Source of the DNA: Octopus vulgaris
Taxonomy: Eukaryota
Length of the DNA stretch: 64,000 nucleotides
Direction of reading: 5' to 3'
Assembly: GCA_951406725.2 (NCBI GenBank)
Contig: OX597815.1
Location: 70,122,001 to 70,186,000, forward strand
The notes beneath the pieces are model-generated. The model saw only the letters and a program-made list of their open reading frames with translations. It was not told the DNA's origin and ran no database searches. This document shows, in pieces, positions 36,901 through 48,458 of this stretch. The translations under genes were made by a program, and so were the position numbers. Position 1 is the stretch's first letter; each line of letters starts with the position of its first letter.

Positions 36901-38317
36901 CACTGCAAGATACTCTGCTCTGACATTCTTACTGTTCTGCCCAACCCACTGCCCTGGAGAGGTACATTTTTATCTATTCTGAAAATGAATTAAAGGTGAA
37001 GTTGAATTTCAGAGCACAGAGAGTCAGAACAAACACCAGGAACCATTCCATTGGATGCTCTAAAGATTCTCTCAACTTGCTGTCCAGAGAGTGAAAATGA
37101 AATAAAGTTTCATACCATTCTAGTCTAGATGGCAAGGATAAGATATTCAGCCTAAAAGAAATAGCAGCAAAATCTCCCTCAAATCACATCCTATTGTCTT
37201 AAGAAAATGAAGGCCACATTGAATACTGTAGTTCTAGATATTTTTATTATAATTGAAGAAAAAAACGTATTGGTCGTGGCCGGAATGCTTTTGACCAAAT
37301 AAAGGACCAACTAGTTAGGTTTAATCTGAAACTAAACAACAATAAAAATAAATATGAAAACAAAAATGGACAGAGGAGAATGCAACAGAATAAAAAATTC
37401 TAAAAAAAAGGTCAAATAAAAAGAAAGAAGATATCAGTATGAAAGGAACATTATTTTCAATGAAAAGAAAACTTACCCTGAAGATTACTGCAAGTGGTCT
37501 TGTAATATTTTATATAAAGTTCTTGGATATTATCCAAAGCTCGTTCATAATGTCCCTGCCACTCAGTGAATATTTTCCTATATTCAGCTTTGATCCGTTC
37601 ACCCGTATCTATATCCTGCAGCTTTTTACGTGCCTCACGCAACTTGGTGAATGCTAATTCTCGCATGTCCAAAAATGGCTGTATTTGGAAATTATAAAAA
37701 CTTGCTAAATTAATGTTCAGCTTAGCCATGGCAGCATCTTCCAAATTATACATGTCTTCTTTCTCAGACATGGTAACGGAACTTTCTCGCAAAAACAGCA
37801 CATTTTCCAACTGTTCTTCAGCTACAGCCACTGCCTCTTCATAGCTACGACGATGGATCTCGGAAAAATTTTCAAAATAGTCATCAGCAGTGAATTCTTC
37901 AAAGAGAGTCGATATAAGAAGACGTTCATTACAAATCTCTAATACAATCTGGAAGTACCGTTCAAGGTTCTTGCAGATTTCATCAATATTATCAGGGGTC
38001 TGCATTGGACTAATGAATGTCCAGAGGCCACGAGGTTCGACAGGTATGTCAGGTAAATATGGTGCAAGGCAGCCATGAACAAGACAGAGAAGTTCGTGAA
38101 CAGCTCGTATCTCACTAAAAGTGAATAATCCAGTACGGTTGCCACTTTCAGCAAGGTCGCTGGCAACTCGGTTGTGTTGCCGACTGGTGACGGCTATTTT
38201 CTTCTCCACTTCATTCCAGCCAATAATGAAGATGATTTTTGGAGGTAGATGACCTTCAGAGAAAGGGTTGTGTTTGACAGCCACCCAATCCTCCAGGCTG
38301 TCTAGCTGTTCCTCCAT
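20774..38317 (-). CDS. JMY: JMY/WHAMM-family actin nucleation-promoting factor; 9 coding exons, 2490 nt, 829 aa
   Basis: Exons joined by hand: 38317-37477, 36747-36666, 33446-33356, 31396-31231, 29609-29443, 26138-26052, 25080-24985, 24162-23421, 20991-20774. Phases 1,2,0,1,0,0,0,1 all match and there is no internal stop. Motifs recognised from vertebrate JMY/WHAMM: [58 protein letters not shown]...[10 protein letters not shown], polyproline, WH2 and C-terminal SPES acidic tail. Confidence 0.93.
22052..22515. mobile_element. Palindromic fold-back MITE (~222-bp arms, 16-nt loop), TA-flanked
   Basis: ATATTAAAAATGGGGAAGGCTGGTTTATGG...GGGCTCCA (to 22273) is the reverse complement of TGGAGCCC (from 22290)...CCATAAACCAGCCTTCCCCATTTTTAATAT. 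Confidence 0.88.
22723..22926 (-). mobile_element. Short hammerhead-bearing element with ~45-bp inverted ends (same family as 56688-56835)
   Basis: Ends taaataacaaatgaaagaca.aagatggaatatac and gtatattccatctt.tgtctttcatttgttattta. Minus strand ATCAC CTGACAA GATACGTCT...AGATGTGTT GAAAC AATT GTT GTGAT. Confidence 0.8.
23020..23335. repeat. Minisatellite, ~27-bp unit, 9 or more degenerate copies, in the last JMY intron
   Basis: Repeated aagctgtacaggtctacactgYRacca. Confidence 0.82.
23421..24162 (-). CDS. JMY: JMY/WHAMM coding exon 8 (S/P-rich linker, polyproline, first WH2-like motif)
   Basis: ttctctag|AAA TAT CCG...CAA G|gtact; 742 nt open frame [15 protein letters not shown]...[18 protein letters not shown]...[15 protein letters not shown]...PPPLKQ. 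Only its 3' part appears in the ORF track. Confidence 0.92.
24985..25080 (-). CDS. JMY: JMY/WHAMM coding exon 7
   Basis: ttcacag|AAA CGT...AAG TTG|gtaag; encodes [32 protein letters not shown]; 96 nt. Confidence 0.93.
26052..26138 (-). CDS. JMY: JMY/WHAMM coding exon 6
   Basis: tgctgcag|GTA TTG...CAG CTT|gtaagt; encodes [29 protein letters not shown]; 87 nt. Confidence 0.92.
28770..29260. mobile_element. ~480-bp MITE (copy 2 of 3)
   Basis: Same TIRs and internal sequence (cccaaagaa...gagatgcacata...tcagtttcaaaacattgatgtcca) as 2241-2722. Confidence 0.75.
29443..29609 (-). CDS. JMY: JMY/WHAMM coding exon 5 (GC donor)
   Basis: ggtcag|AT GAA GAA...AAA AAG|gcaagt; encodes (D)[20 protein letters not shown]...[14 protein letters not shown]; 167 nt, phase 1 to 0. 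Confidence 0.88.
31231..31396 (-). CDS. JMY: JMY/WHAMM coding exon 4
   Basis: tttccatcctag|ATT GCA...CAA G|gttggt; encodes [55 protein letters not shown]; 166 nt, phase 0 to 1. Confidence 0.9.
31970..33208 (+). mobile_element. Tc1-like (DD34E) DNA transposon, near full length but degraded, in a JMY intron
   Basis: TIRs ACAGAAGTAAATAGACACCC / GGGTGTCTATTTACTTCTGT, with right end ...CTG followed by TA. Frameshifted transposase: [46 protein letters not shown]. Confidence 0.92.
33356..33446 (-). CDS. JMY: JMY/WHAMM coding exon 3
   Basis: ttttaaag|C ATC CGG...AAA GAG|gtaag; encodes (R)[30 protein letters not shown]; 91 nt, phase 2 to 0. Confidence 0.92.
35157..35380. repeat. ~26-bp tandem array (~9 copies) inside a retroposon copy
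   Basis: Repeated gtgacatgtaaaaggcacccatgcca. The same unit occurs about 3 times in related copies at ~40245-40345 and ~56310-56385. Confidence 0.8.
36666..36747 (-). CDS. JMY: JMY/WHAMM coding exon 2
   Basis: ttccag|CC ATG...AGA CG|gtaaa; encodes (A)[26 protein letters not shown]; 82 nt, phase 1 to 2. Confidence 0.92.
37477..38317 (-). CDS. JMY: JMY/WHAMM coding exon 1 (LIR motif, N-terminal domain, start of coiled coil)
   Basis: Matches the 286-aa [18 protein letters not shown]. Acceptor tttcacAG lies 25 nt upstream of the ATG (exon begins at 38342), so there is an upstream 5' exon. Donor CAGG|gtaag at 37476. Confidence 0.95.
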
Positions 38318-39472
38318 CTTCGTTTCAAGACCAACGGGAAATCTGTGAAAGGAATTAAAAGTAAAGGTAAATGATGGTGCATGTTAAAAATGATTCATTC
38401 TTCAAATACATGTAATTCATTTATCCTCACTTATCACAGGATTTGGTTTAAAAAAAAAAACACTGATAAATGAATCATATCCACACATACTGTAAATGAA
38501 ACAAATAGTAGATTCATTTAACATCAAACTTGCAGCCTACAGTAGCAAAACTTCCATCATGTATTTTCTTGATCATTTCTAGAGAATACATTTGTCAGCA
38601 TCATTTGTTAGGCACCTTTGTATTTTTTCTGTTTTGGTCCCACACGTGCATAAATCTGTATAAAAAATATGCAGACTCACTACATGGTCAAGTAAACACA
38701 AGCAATAGTCAGTGCATTCTGGGTACCTGACCATTGTGGGTGGTTGTTTGGGTGTGCTTTTGCAGTACAAACAAAATCTTCAACTGACCTCTGGCTTGTG
38801 TCATCACAGATCAATCCACAGTTCATGATTGAGCATATTGTGCTATCCTAGATCAGTGATGAGTGAAACAGTAATAAGTGAGAACAGATGTATACACACA
38901 AACACATATGCACATACACACACTCGGAAACTGACACAAGAAGAGACAGACACATAAGAATATTCAATTTATTCAACATGTTAAAAGAGACATCTGAACA
39001 AAATGTGATAAAAATGCTTTAAACATTAATACATATATCATAAAATTAATATATTGTATTAATTTACAATACATGGGTTGGCAGGTTCTGCAAATAAGTA
39101 ATTCATATAAATTACCAGGTCAATAACTGTATTTTTCAATAGTTTTCAGGTATTTCTTCTCTAATGCCAACTCAATAACTATGAAATGGGTGTGGTAACT
39201 AATTCCAGCTGACTGATTAAACCAAGTGGGAGGGTGGGAGCAGGAAATGGGTGAGACAGGAGTAGGAGAAGAGTGGGGTCATTAGCTTAGGGGGCAAAAA
39301 AAAATGTAATGACACTACATATCAATAATGTGGTGAGTGGGAGAGAGAGGGAGAGAGAAAGAGTGAAAGCTGTCGAAGAAAAAAGCAAAAGAAAGAGAAA
39401 AAGAAATGTATAGGACAACGTGTATATGAAAAAAACAGTGACAGACATATATATACACATACACACACACAC

Positions 39473-39527
<55 letters not shown>

Positions 39528-40419
39528 AAGACAGAAATTTACAAAGTGTAAATAAGAGAGAGAGAGGTGGGAGGAGAGAGAGAAACAAAATGTAAGTGTG
39601 TGTGTGAAGCAAATTGAATGCAAGCGAGATATCAAATCAATAATGTAATGGCTTTCTTCCTTTACAACCCCTAAAACATAGAATCCCTATTATGAAAACA
39701 CTTTACAATGACTGTTCGACCTCTCCTCATACTCTACACACCTGATAATTTCTCACAAATAACTACTGTACTACCTGATGCTTGTTGATACAGCTGTGTA
39801 ACTCCCTACAGTTTTCTCACATACACATACGCACACACACACGCGTGTATATACAGGCCATCATTTGTGGATGGCTAACCACAAATAATGAAATATAGCT
39901 TACAAAGATACTTCCAAAACACTGTTATTTTTGTCTTTTACATCACAACAGTTACTAAACTACAATGTCTTTATCTTTTGGCCTACCAGCCTGGTTCTTT
40001 ACTGGTTAGTTGTACTTCTGAGAACATGAGAGACAAAGACAAGGGAACTTCTGTAAATTGATATAAAGGCCTTCATTCAAAAAAATAACAGATTTTTCAC
40101 GAATACAGATTTGCCAGTAGCCTGATCCTCAAAATGATCTTCAAATGTTGGGCCTCACGGAGGCGATGACAAGTGACCAAGACCTTTGGCGATATGCTGT
40201 GCTTCAGAAGACTCCTTAAGCCAAGTGAAAATGTAGTCATGACCATTGCCAGTGTCATGTAAATGGCACCTGGAGATCATAGTTGTGACTGTTACTGGTG
40301 TCATGTAAATGGTACCTGTGCCAATGGCATGTAAAAAGCACCCATTACACTCTCAGAGTTGTTAGTGTTAGGAAGGGCATCCAGCAGTAGAAACCATGCC
40401 AAATCAGACTAAACAGGTT

Positions 40420-40800
40420 GGCATCAAAGTCCATTTTTCTTCCTGTATCAGCTTGAGGTTTTTTCCACCTCCTCTTCTGATATAAAGGTTACCACTAGAG
40501 ACGCATATCTCTTTCCTCTCGTAAAGAATGCTATGCTGTCTCCTATATGTTCTTTCAAAATTTCTTCTAATCTTTCTGCGGCGTCTGTTCAATTCTTCTA
40601 TTTTTATTCGAAAATGTTCTGAATATAACCGCCTGCTTTTTCCATTTTCATGTTTTCCTCCTCTGGCAGGGTCATTTTTATATTTGACCCTTCCTTCTCT
40701 ACCATACTACTATATTTCTTTATCAGCTCTCCATTCCACTGTAACATCTATTTCAGCACACGTGGGTCTAGGGAAACTCGATCTCCAGTAGCTTTTGCAT
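40420..40800 (-). mobile_element. Possible LINE ORF1-like fragment
   Basis: Minus strand AERLEEILKEHIGDSIAFFTRGKRYASLVVTFISEEEVEK...LIQEEKWTLMPT looks coding, lacks splice context and is bounded by repeats. Family assignment is a guess. Confidence 0.35.
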
Positions 40801-40891
40801 AACTTCTCATTTTTCTCAGTTATTCACCATCAACCAACAATGGTGGCTAAACACAAAAAATTTGGCTACAGTTCTTCAAAAATAACAAAAA

Positions 40892-41500
40892 AATTGTTCA
40901 GCTGGAGGTGGCACTGCCAAATTCCCATGCAAAATATATAGTTTGCAAAGTGACAACTAGTCACTGATGTATAAATTAGAAAATTACTATTTTTAAATCT
41001 CACAAGAAATATTCAGCAACAGTACTTTGGAGTAAAGATTTTTGCCAACATAACATGGCAGTCCTGGTCTAGGACAATTGTTGCTGTAATTTAGCCCCAG
41101 GAAACATTGTCTCCAGTTGCCATGTTATGTTAGCAAAAATCTTTACTCTAAAGTACTGTTGCTGAATATCTCTCATTGTGAGATATAAAAATAGTAATTT
41201 TCTAATTTATAGATCAATGACTAGCTGTCACTTTGAAAACTGTATATTTCGAACAGGAATTTGGCAGTGCCACCTCAAGCCAAACAATTATCCTGTGCTG
41301 ATGAAGGGAAATAACCTGGAAATCGCAATACACAGATATTGTTTTGAACTGAGTTGGGGTGCTAGATTCCCTTGTTCGAAAATACAAGGACACAGATCAC
41401 GTCGTATAGCCAGCTGGAGACGATGTCTCCTGGGGCTAAATTACAGCAACATTCATCCTAAACCAGGATTGCTATGTTATATTGGCAAAAATCTTTACTC
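40892..41500 (+). mobile_element. Retrozyme/Penelope-like non-autonomous element: ~352-bp unit with hammerhead, partial tandem repeat and inverted upstream copy
   Basis: 32-bp direct repeat 41117-41148 / 41469-41500. Segment 40892-41116 is the reverse complement of 41414-41468 joined to 41117-41289. Hammerhead motif at 41293-41335. Confidence 0.75.
41293..41335 (+). ncRNA. Minimal type I hammerhead ribozyme motif (slightly degenerate)
   Basis: CTGTG (I) CTGATGA AGG-gaaataa-CCTg (II) GAAA TCGCAA TA CACAG (I'); predicted AUA cleavage triplet. Confidence 0.68.
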
Positions 41501-44500
41501 CTGGTGTTGATGTGTTTACATCTCTGTAACTGAGAGGTTTAGCAAAAGGAGATCGATAAAATAAGTACCAGGCTTAAAAAGAAAAAAAAGGGGTATTCAT
41601 TCAACTAAGAATTCTTCAACATGGTGCCCCCACATGGCCACAGTCTAATGAATGAAACAAGTAAAAAACAAAGATTTGTGTGTGTGTATAAAATCACAAA
41701 AAAAGATCCAATGCATTCTGTAAACTTGTTGGAATTAGGAAGGGTATCCCCTGAACAAACCATGCCAAAGCTGACATTGGCACTTGATGCAGTCCAATTA
41801 GTCCATCCAACTCGAGCGAGTGTGGTAACCAAATATTAAATGATTATGATACATATCCAAATGGGCTTTTTTTTTCAGCTTCTGTCTACCAAATTCACTC
41901 ACAAGGCTTTGAACAGCTTCAATCTATAGTAGAAGACACTTGGTCAAGGTGCTACACTGTGGGACCAAACTAAAAACCACATGGTTGCAAAATCATCTAC
42001 TTAAATATGCACCTGAGGATTTCTACAAGATATATTCATCGTTCATCATCATTGTTTAATGTCTGCTTGCCATGCTAGCATGAGTTGGATGATTTGACTG
42101 AGGACTGGCAAACCAGATGGCTACACCAGGCTCCAATCTTGATCTGGCAGAGTTTCTACAACTGAATGGCCTTCCTAACGCCAACCACTCTGAGAGTGTA
42201 GTGGGTGCTTTTACATGTCACCAGCATGGGGGCCAGTCAGGCGGTACTGGCAATGACCTCACTCGAATGTTTTTTTTTTACGTGCCACCGGCACAAGTGC
42301 CTGTAAGGCGATGCTAGTAACGATCAAGGTGACGCTGGTAACGATCAAAATTGTTTTATAAAATTATCACTGTTACACAACAGGGTCACTAAGTACAAAT
42401 CTCTGATAGTCAGTATACTGCAACCTGCTTATGATTAAAAAATAACTGATAAAGTACAAACAAACTCTGATTAAAAATTATTGATATAGGACAAAGTGCA
42501 TCTGTTACCACTGGCATAATTAAATGCACTTAGTCCATGCTACAAAGTAATAGGTGATAAGGAGGGCAGCTAGCTGTAAAAACTATACAAAAAATAGCAG
42601 GGGGAAAGCAGTGGATTTAAAGGCATGGACTTCACAAAGCAGCCTGACTAAAACTGTAACTGAATAAAAATTACTAATAGAGCCTCTTAACTCTTGTTGA
42701 AGATAACCTCTTTAAGTGTTAATGACACAATAAAATGCATTCAGTTAATGCTTTAAATAGCAGCTTAATAATGACAAAGCTATTTTACTACACTCTTCAG
42801 TATTTTCAAAATTAATAGAAACAAAAGCAGTGCATTTCAACAGAAGTATGATAGCAAAAGTGTTAATATAATAAAGTTAATATATGAGGGACTAAAGGAG
42901 AATTGGATCTATTTCAAATAACGACCAAGAAATGTTCATGCTCTCAATATTTACCTGAAAGAAGAATACAAATTGAATTGACAGGAGCATTCTCATCAAA
43001 TTATTCCTGTCATTTAGATTAAAATGGTCTTAAAACTTCACAGATTTTTGCTTCAAAATATCTCTTTATGAATTCTTAGAATAAGATTTTCCCTTTAACT
43101 GTTTTGTTACCATATATCTGCTTGAAAATATTGAAGAATTTAGTAAAATAAGTTTGCTATCATTAATCTGATGTTTAGAACATTAATTAATGTGGAATTT
43201 TGAATGACAGTTTAAACATATCATTTTAAAAACATGAAGTTTGTATTATACAACATGTAGCAAAAATTTCATATTCACCATTCTTGATAAACATTTTAAA
43301 TGTAAATGCACTGGTTCAAACCACGAGAGTAATTAATTGATAATATTTTTGTTTTGTTTTTTAATTGAAAAGCACCAGCTGCATGAAGACAGTATTACCA
43401 CTTTCTAATTTTACTAACTTTCCACCAACAGATGCACCTGGTAAAATGAGAGAGGATAAAAAAAAAAGCTCCCTAAAATTTTTTAAACTTTACAGATTTT
43501 CATTTTAAAAGAAATCTCACCAAGACAAAACTTCACAACAAGGCTTTCAGAAAAGGTTCTCATTGAGGAAAGATAAAGAAAAAGAAAACTACTGATGTTT
43601 CATTTAACTGCTAATTTAAATGTCAGCACAGCCTAGGAGCTCATTTCACTCTACATGGCACTGTAACTATAAAACAAAAATTAGACAGAAGAGTCAAAGA
43701 TGTTGTTATTACAGAGTAGCACAAAAACCACTCAACCATGACAGCTGAACAAATAGTACCTAACAGGACCTATATTCAGCTTTTGTGGTTGGGGCAGCTC
43801 AGTGTCAGGTTTTGTGTTATGTAGTTACAAATACAACACAATGCAATGAGTCAAAAGATCAGCCAACACATTTAGCCTACAGCTGTTACAACTCAACAAT
43901 TTCTAATAATTAATAAATTCCACTGATGTTGACTTTGCCTTTCATCTTTTTGAAGACAAAATAGGTACTAATTGGGATTGATATAATCAACTAGAACCCT
44001 GTCTGGAAACTGCTGGCCTTGTACCAAAATTTGAAACCAATATTACTATAAGATTTCATTTTCTAGAAATATGACATTTTATTTAAAATGAAATACTGTC
44101 ATGAACTCAATGGCCTTTTTAATAGCATATATGGTTAACCTATTAAGACATCTTTGTTCCCATATCTCTTGAAATACACAATCTTTGTTTCAGTTTATTC
44201 TGAAAATATTAAAGAATTCAGTAAAATAACTTTCATTATTAAACTGATGTTTAGACTATAAATTAACATAAAATTTTAATTTAGATCACTTTAACGCTTT
44301 AATTTATCACATTTCCGTTGAAATATGCTGCCTTTGCTTCAGTTAATTCTCAAAATGAATGAATAATTTAGTAGAATAACTTTGTCAAGATTAAACTGGT
44401 ATTTGGAACAAAAATTAACATGAAATTTTGATGGAAGGTTTTAACTTAGATCACTTTAAAACAGGAAATTTGTATCATAGAACCAAAGGCAGTCTTGGGC

Positions 44501-47500
44501 AGGTTGAAATCAGAACGATTAAGCAACAACCAATCACATCAGGTATATTTCTCCACAAACTTAATTCATGATTTAGAATTTTGAATGCATGACGTTTGAA
44601 TCTTATGTGAATAACATTACCAGAAGGCTTCATTGCTATTTTCAAACAATGTAGAATTTTAAAATTCAGAGTCATGTTCTGATACTTAATGAAATATTTG
44701 TAGAAGATATAAATGTATGACGTGTGAGCCTGTAGTCCAATATTTCAAAAACAGAGATTATTTATCCTTTTACAGGCTCAATCATAGTACAGTGGTCATG
44801 CTGGAGCACCACCTCCTAAATTACAGTTGATTACATCATATCCAGTACGTATTTCTTCAACTGGTACTTGTTTCATTAATTTCAGAAAGATAAAGGGCAA
44901 AGTGGTTCTGTATAAGGATTTGAACTCAGAAGACAGAAGGAACAACCAAACATCACAAGATATTTTTCTCTGGCTCTCTACCAATTCTGCTATCAACACT
45001 CCACCCCCATGATGATAGCAATGTTCAGAATATAAATCTAAGGGCATAAAAGATCACTGTAACAGCAAGAGATGTAAGCAGCAGCTGTGTAAATGGGTAT
45101 CATCTACCTCTAGTATTTACAATGAAAACCTGTTCTTTATGTGCTGGGCCAACAGTCAGCTTTAAAGTCAGCCAATATTTGACATATACTCCTCCACCTA
45201 GTCTCTTCCTCACTTTCTCTATTGTAATTGTGTACCAATGAAAGTTAGTTAAAACAACAAAGTCAAACTTGGCTTGCATTAAGTAAAAACTCCTGTTATT
45301 CTCTCCATAGCTTTCTTTTATACAACAGCTGCCATTTTTAAAATAAACATATTTTGCATAATAATGGATTTCATTTATTGTTATCAGTCAAGGTCTATTG
45401 AATAAAATGCTCACTCTGGAAAAAAAAGGTGGTGGTGATGGTGGTAGACAAAACAAATCAATACTTATTTTATTAACTTTGGATGAACAGAAAATGAAGA
45501 TGATTCCAGTGAGATTTGAACTCAGAACAGAGAGGAATTAAGCTATAGTAGAAGGCATTTACCTACAGAGCTGTACAGTGGGACTGAACCTGAGATCACA
45601 TGGTTGGGATGCAAACTTCTTATCTACACAGTCACAACCGTGTTTATTTAATTTATAATAATTCAAATTCTTCTGGGACCAGCTTTACAGCTTGTCCTTT
45701 CAAGGTTAAAAAGCCAGTCAAGTTCTAGGCTGAATATAATTGACTGTTCCCTCCCCCAAATTTCTGGCCTTGGGTCCTGTATTAGAAATTAATTTAATTT
45801 AATGTTTCATTTTTAATGAGATCAGCCAGGTTCTTTCTAACAAGTAATTCAGTCCTAAGTAAAGTTTCAGAGGTAACCCCATATCATTCTCAGTTGACAG
45901 CTGGACACAAAATTTTTTCTTGGTTATTAACTGGTGAAAAATCCTGTACACAACAATAATAAATGGATGGGAATAGCCAAATGTCTTCTTCACAGATTTT
46001 TTAGACACATGAGTTAATTGGTTGTAGTTACTTCAAAAATCCAGTGTTTTTACAAACCTCACTTACCCTCATAATTTCACTTGTTTATCCCAGTTTGAGA
46101 GCCCCAGATACATGTAGTTTCAAAAATTACATCCTGTTTAAGTGTAAGCATTGGCCAGCCCTTAATGAAAAGGAAATGAGAAATAAATATCAAGAAGAAT
46201 AACACCAAAATCACCATCCTTATCATCACCATTTAATGTCTGTTTTCCATCCTGGCACGGCTTACATAGTTCAACAAGAGTCAATGAGTCAGAAGACAGC
46301 ATGAAGCTCCAGTATCTACTTTGGCATAGTTGTTATGGTTGGATGCCTTTCCTAATGCCAACCATTTCCTAGAGTGTACTGGATGCTTTTTTATGTAGCA
46401 CCAGCATTAGTGAGATAATCAAGTACCTTACAAGACAGGATCCTTTGGAATGTAGAATTGAAGGAGGGGGCTTTGCGCCAAGTAATGAAAAGTTTAAAGT
46501 ATGATAGGGGGACAGGAGCTGATGTCTTGCAGCAGAGGAGATACACGTCTTCCCCAGTTGGAAAAGAAGAGAAGATGGTGAAGGGTTGTCAGGACATATT
46601 CTGATGAGCATAAGAAGTGATGAAGAGGAACGGACAAGGTGAATGGGTAGGTAAGTTCATAAGAGTGTGAAAGGAGAGCGACAGAATGGATAGAGATGGG
46701 GATAGAGATAAATTCAGTGAATGGTGCAAAATCCTTGCCAGAATGCTTGGTGTTTTCTAATCAAAATTGATTTCTATTTTTCGATGTTGAGATCAATAGA
46801 GAACTAATAAAATATTGGATAGTCCTCACAGGTAGTCTTATGACTGCATACTATTGAATGTAAGACAAAAATGCAGCTTTCCATACATGTCTTTTATTGA
46901 CATTTGTCCTACTGATGCCAACAAAGAATTCCAAATAATCGACGTCTTAATTTTGAATCAAGAAGTATTCTATAATTGAAGTCTCAGTTTTATACTTCAT
47001 CCTTCTTTTGGATTACAGAGTTATAGTTAGCAATGGCAGCAGCATCATCAATGTCATCATCAGCAGCAGCAACATAATTGTCATCATCATTTTATGTCTG
47101 TTTCTCTTAGGTTGACAAATCATCACAGTCTGAGCCATTTTCTATTGGGAACAACTGTTCTCATAGTCTGGTACTCACATGAGTCATTTGGCATGGTTTC
47201 AACAGCAGGATGCCCTTTCTAACACCAACCACTTTACAAAGTGTACTGGGTGGTTTTTACATGGTACTAATGCAAGAGGGGTTGAACAGTCCTTGATGAG
47301 ATAAAACTAATTATCCCTATTTTTTCTGGGAATAGAGATGGCTAGGTTGTGAATCATGTATTAAGGCTTTCTAACCAAACCATATATTCCATAAGTAAAC
47401 CAATGAGGGCACCTTTACTAGATTGCTTGACTTTCCAGAAATAGCAGCCAAATCTCCCTTCTGATATCTTACAAAAAAAAAACTAGGAACAATATAGAAC

Positions 47501-47993
47501 TGAAGGAGAATTGAATGAAACTAGCAATCATCATCATCATGAAATGCCCAGCTTTCATGCTGGAATGGGTTGAATGGTTTGACAAAGTATGACAAGTCAG
47601 GAGACTGCATCATGCACCAATGTCTACTTCACATGGTTTCTTTAACAAGATATCCTTATTAATGTCAGTCACTTCACAGAATATAAAGTGTTGTAGGTGC
47701 TTTTTTACATGGCACCAGCATTTGTGAGGGTGCCTCACACCTTGCAAGACCGTAATACAAATAGATTGCAAAGTGGAATGAATTAGATTACAGCAATGAG
47801 AAGGGGGGGAAAAATCTAAGGTTTTGGGGCAGGACCCTTCACTGGGATGGGGTGGGGGTGAGAGAGTTTAAATGTGTACTGGGGGTGCTGAATATATTGA
47901 TTGGGAAGTAGTGAGAGGGAGACAAAGTTACAGTGAAGAATGAATAAAGGGGTGAAGTAGTTAAAAAAGGGAAACAGACATTAGTAGGAAGAC

Positions 47994-48458
47994 AACTGTG
48001 TCATGCAATTTTTGTCCTTGGGTAGTAACTGTTATTTCCTATTTGCTTCTCCCTAGAAACTATGAAAACTGACTAATATTTCCTTCAAACTCTGCTTTTG
48101 TTACATTTATTCAAATCCCAAAGAATCCTTCTTGACACATGGCTAGGATGCTCCCCCATTACTCGAGCTCATGATCAAAGATGCACATATTGTCAGCCAC
48201 TAAGAGACATGCTCAAGTGGTTAAGGTCAAGCAACTGACAGGCAAATCTGTGGTATTGAGCGGAATATTTGCTATTACGATATTTCTGCTTCAGCAACTC
48301 AGCACTGAATCTGTCTGAAATGTAATTGAAAATAGGTCAGTTTCAAAACACAAAAGCAAAGTTTGAATGGAATAGTAGTAATTTACCTTGAGTTCTAAAT
48401 AAAAGCAAACAGGAAATAACACTGATCAAAGACAAACATAAAAAATTTGTTACACAGC
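47994..48458. mobile_element. ~480-bp MITE (copy 3 of 3)
   Basis: Same TIRs and internal sequence as 2241-2722. Confidence 0.75.
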
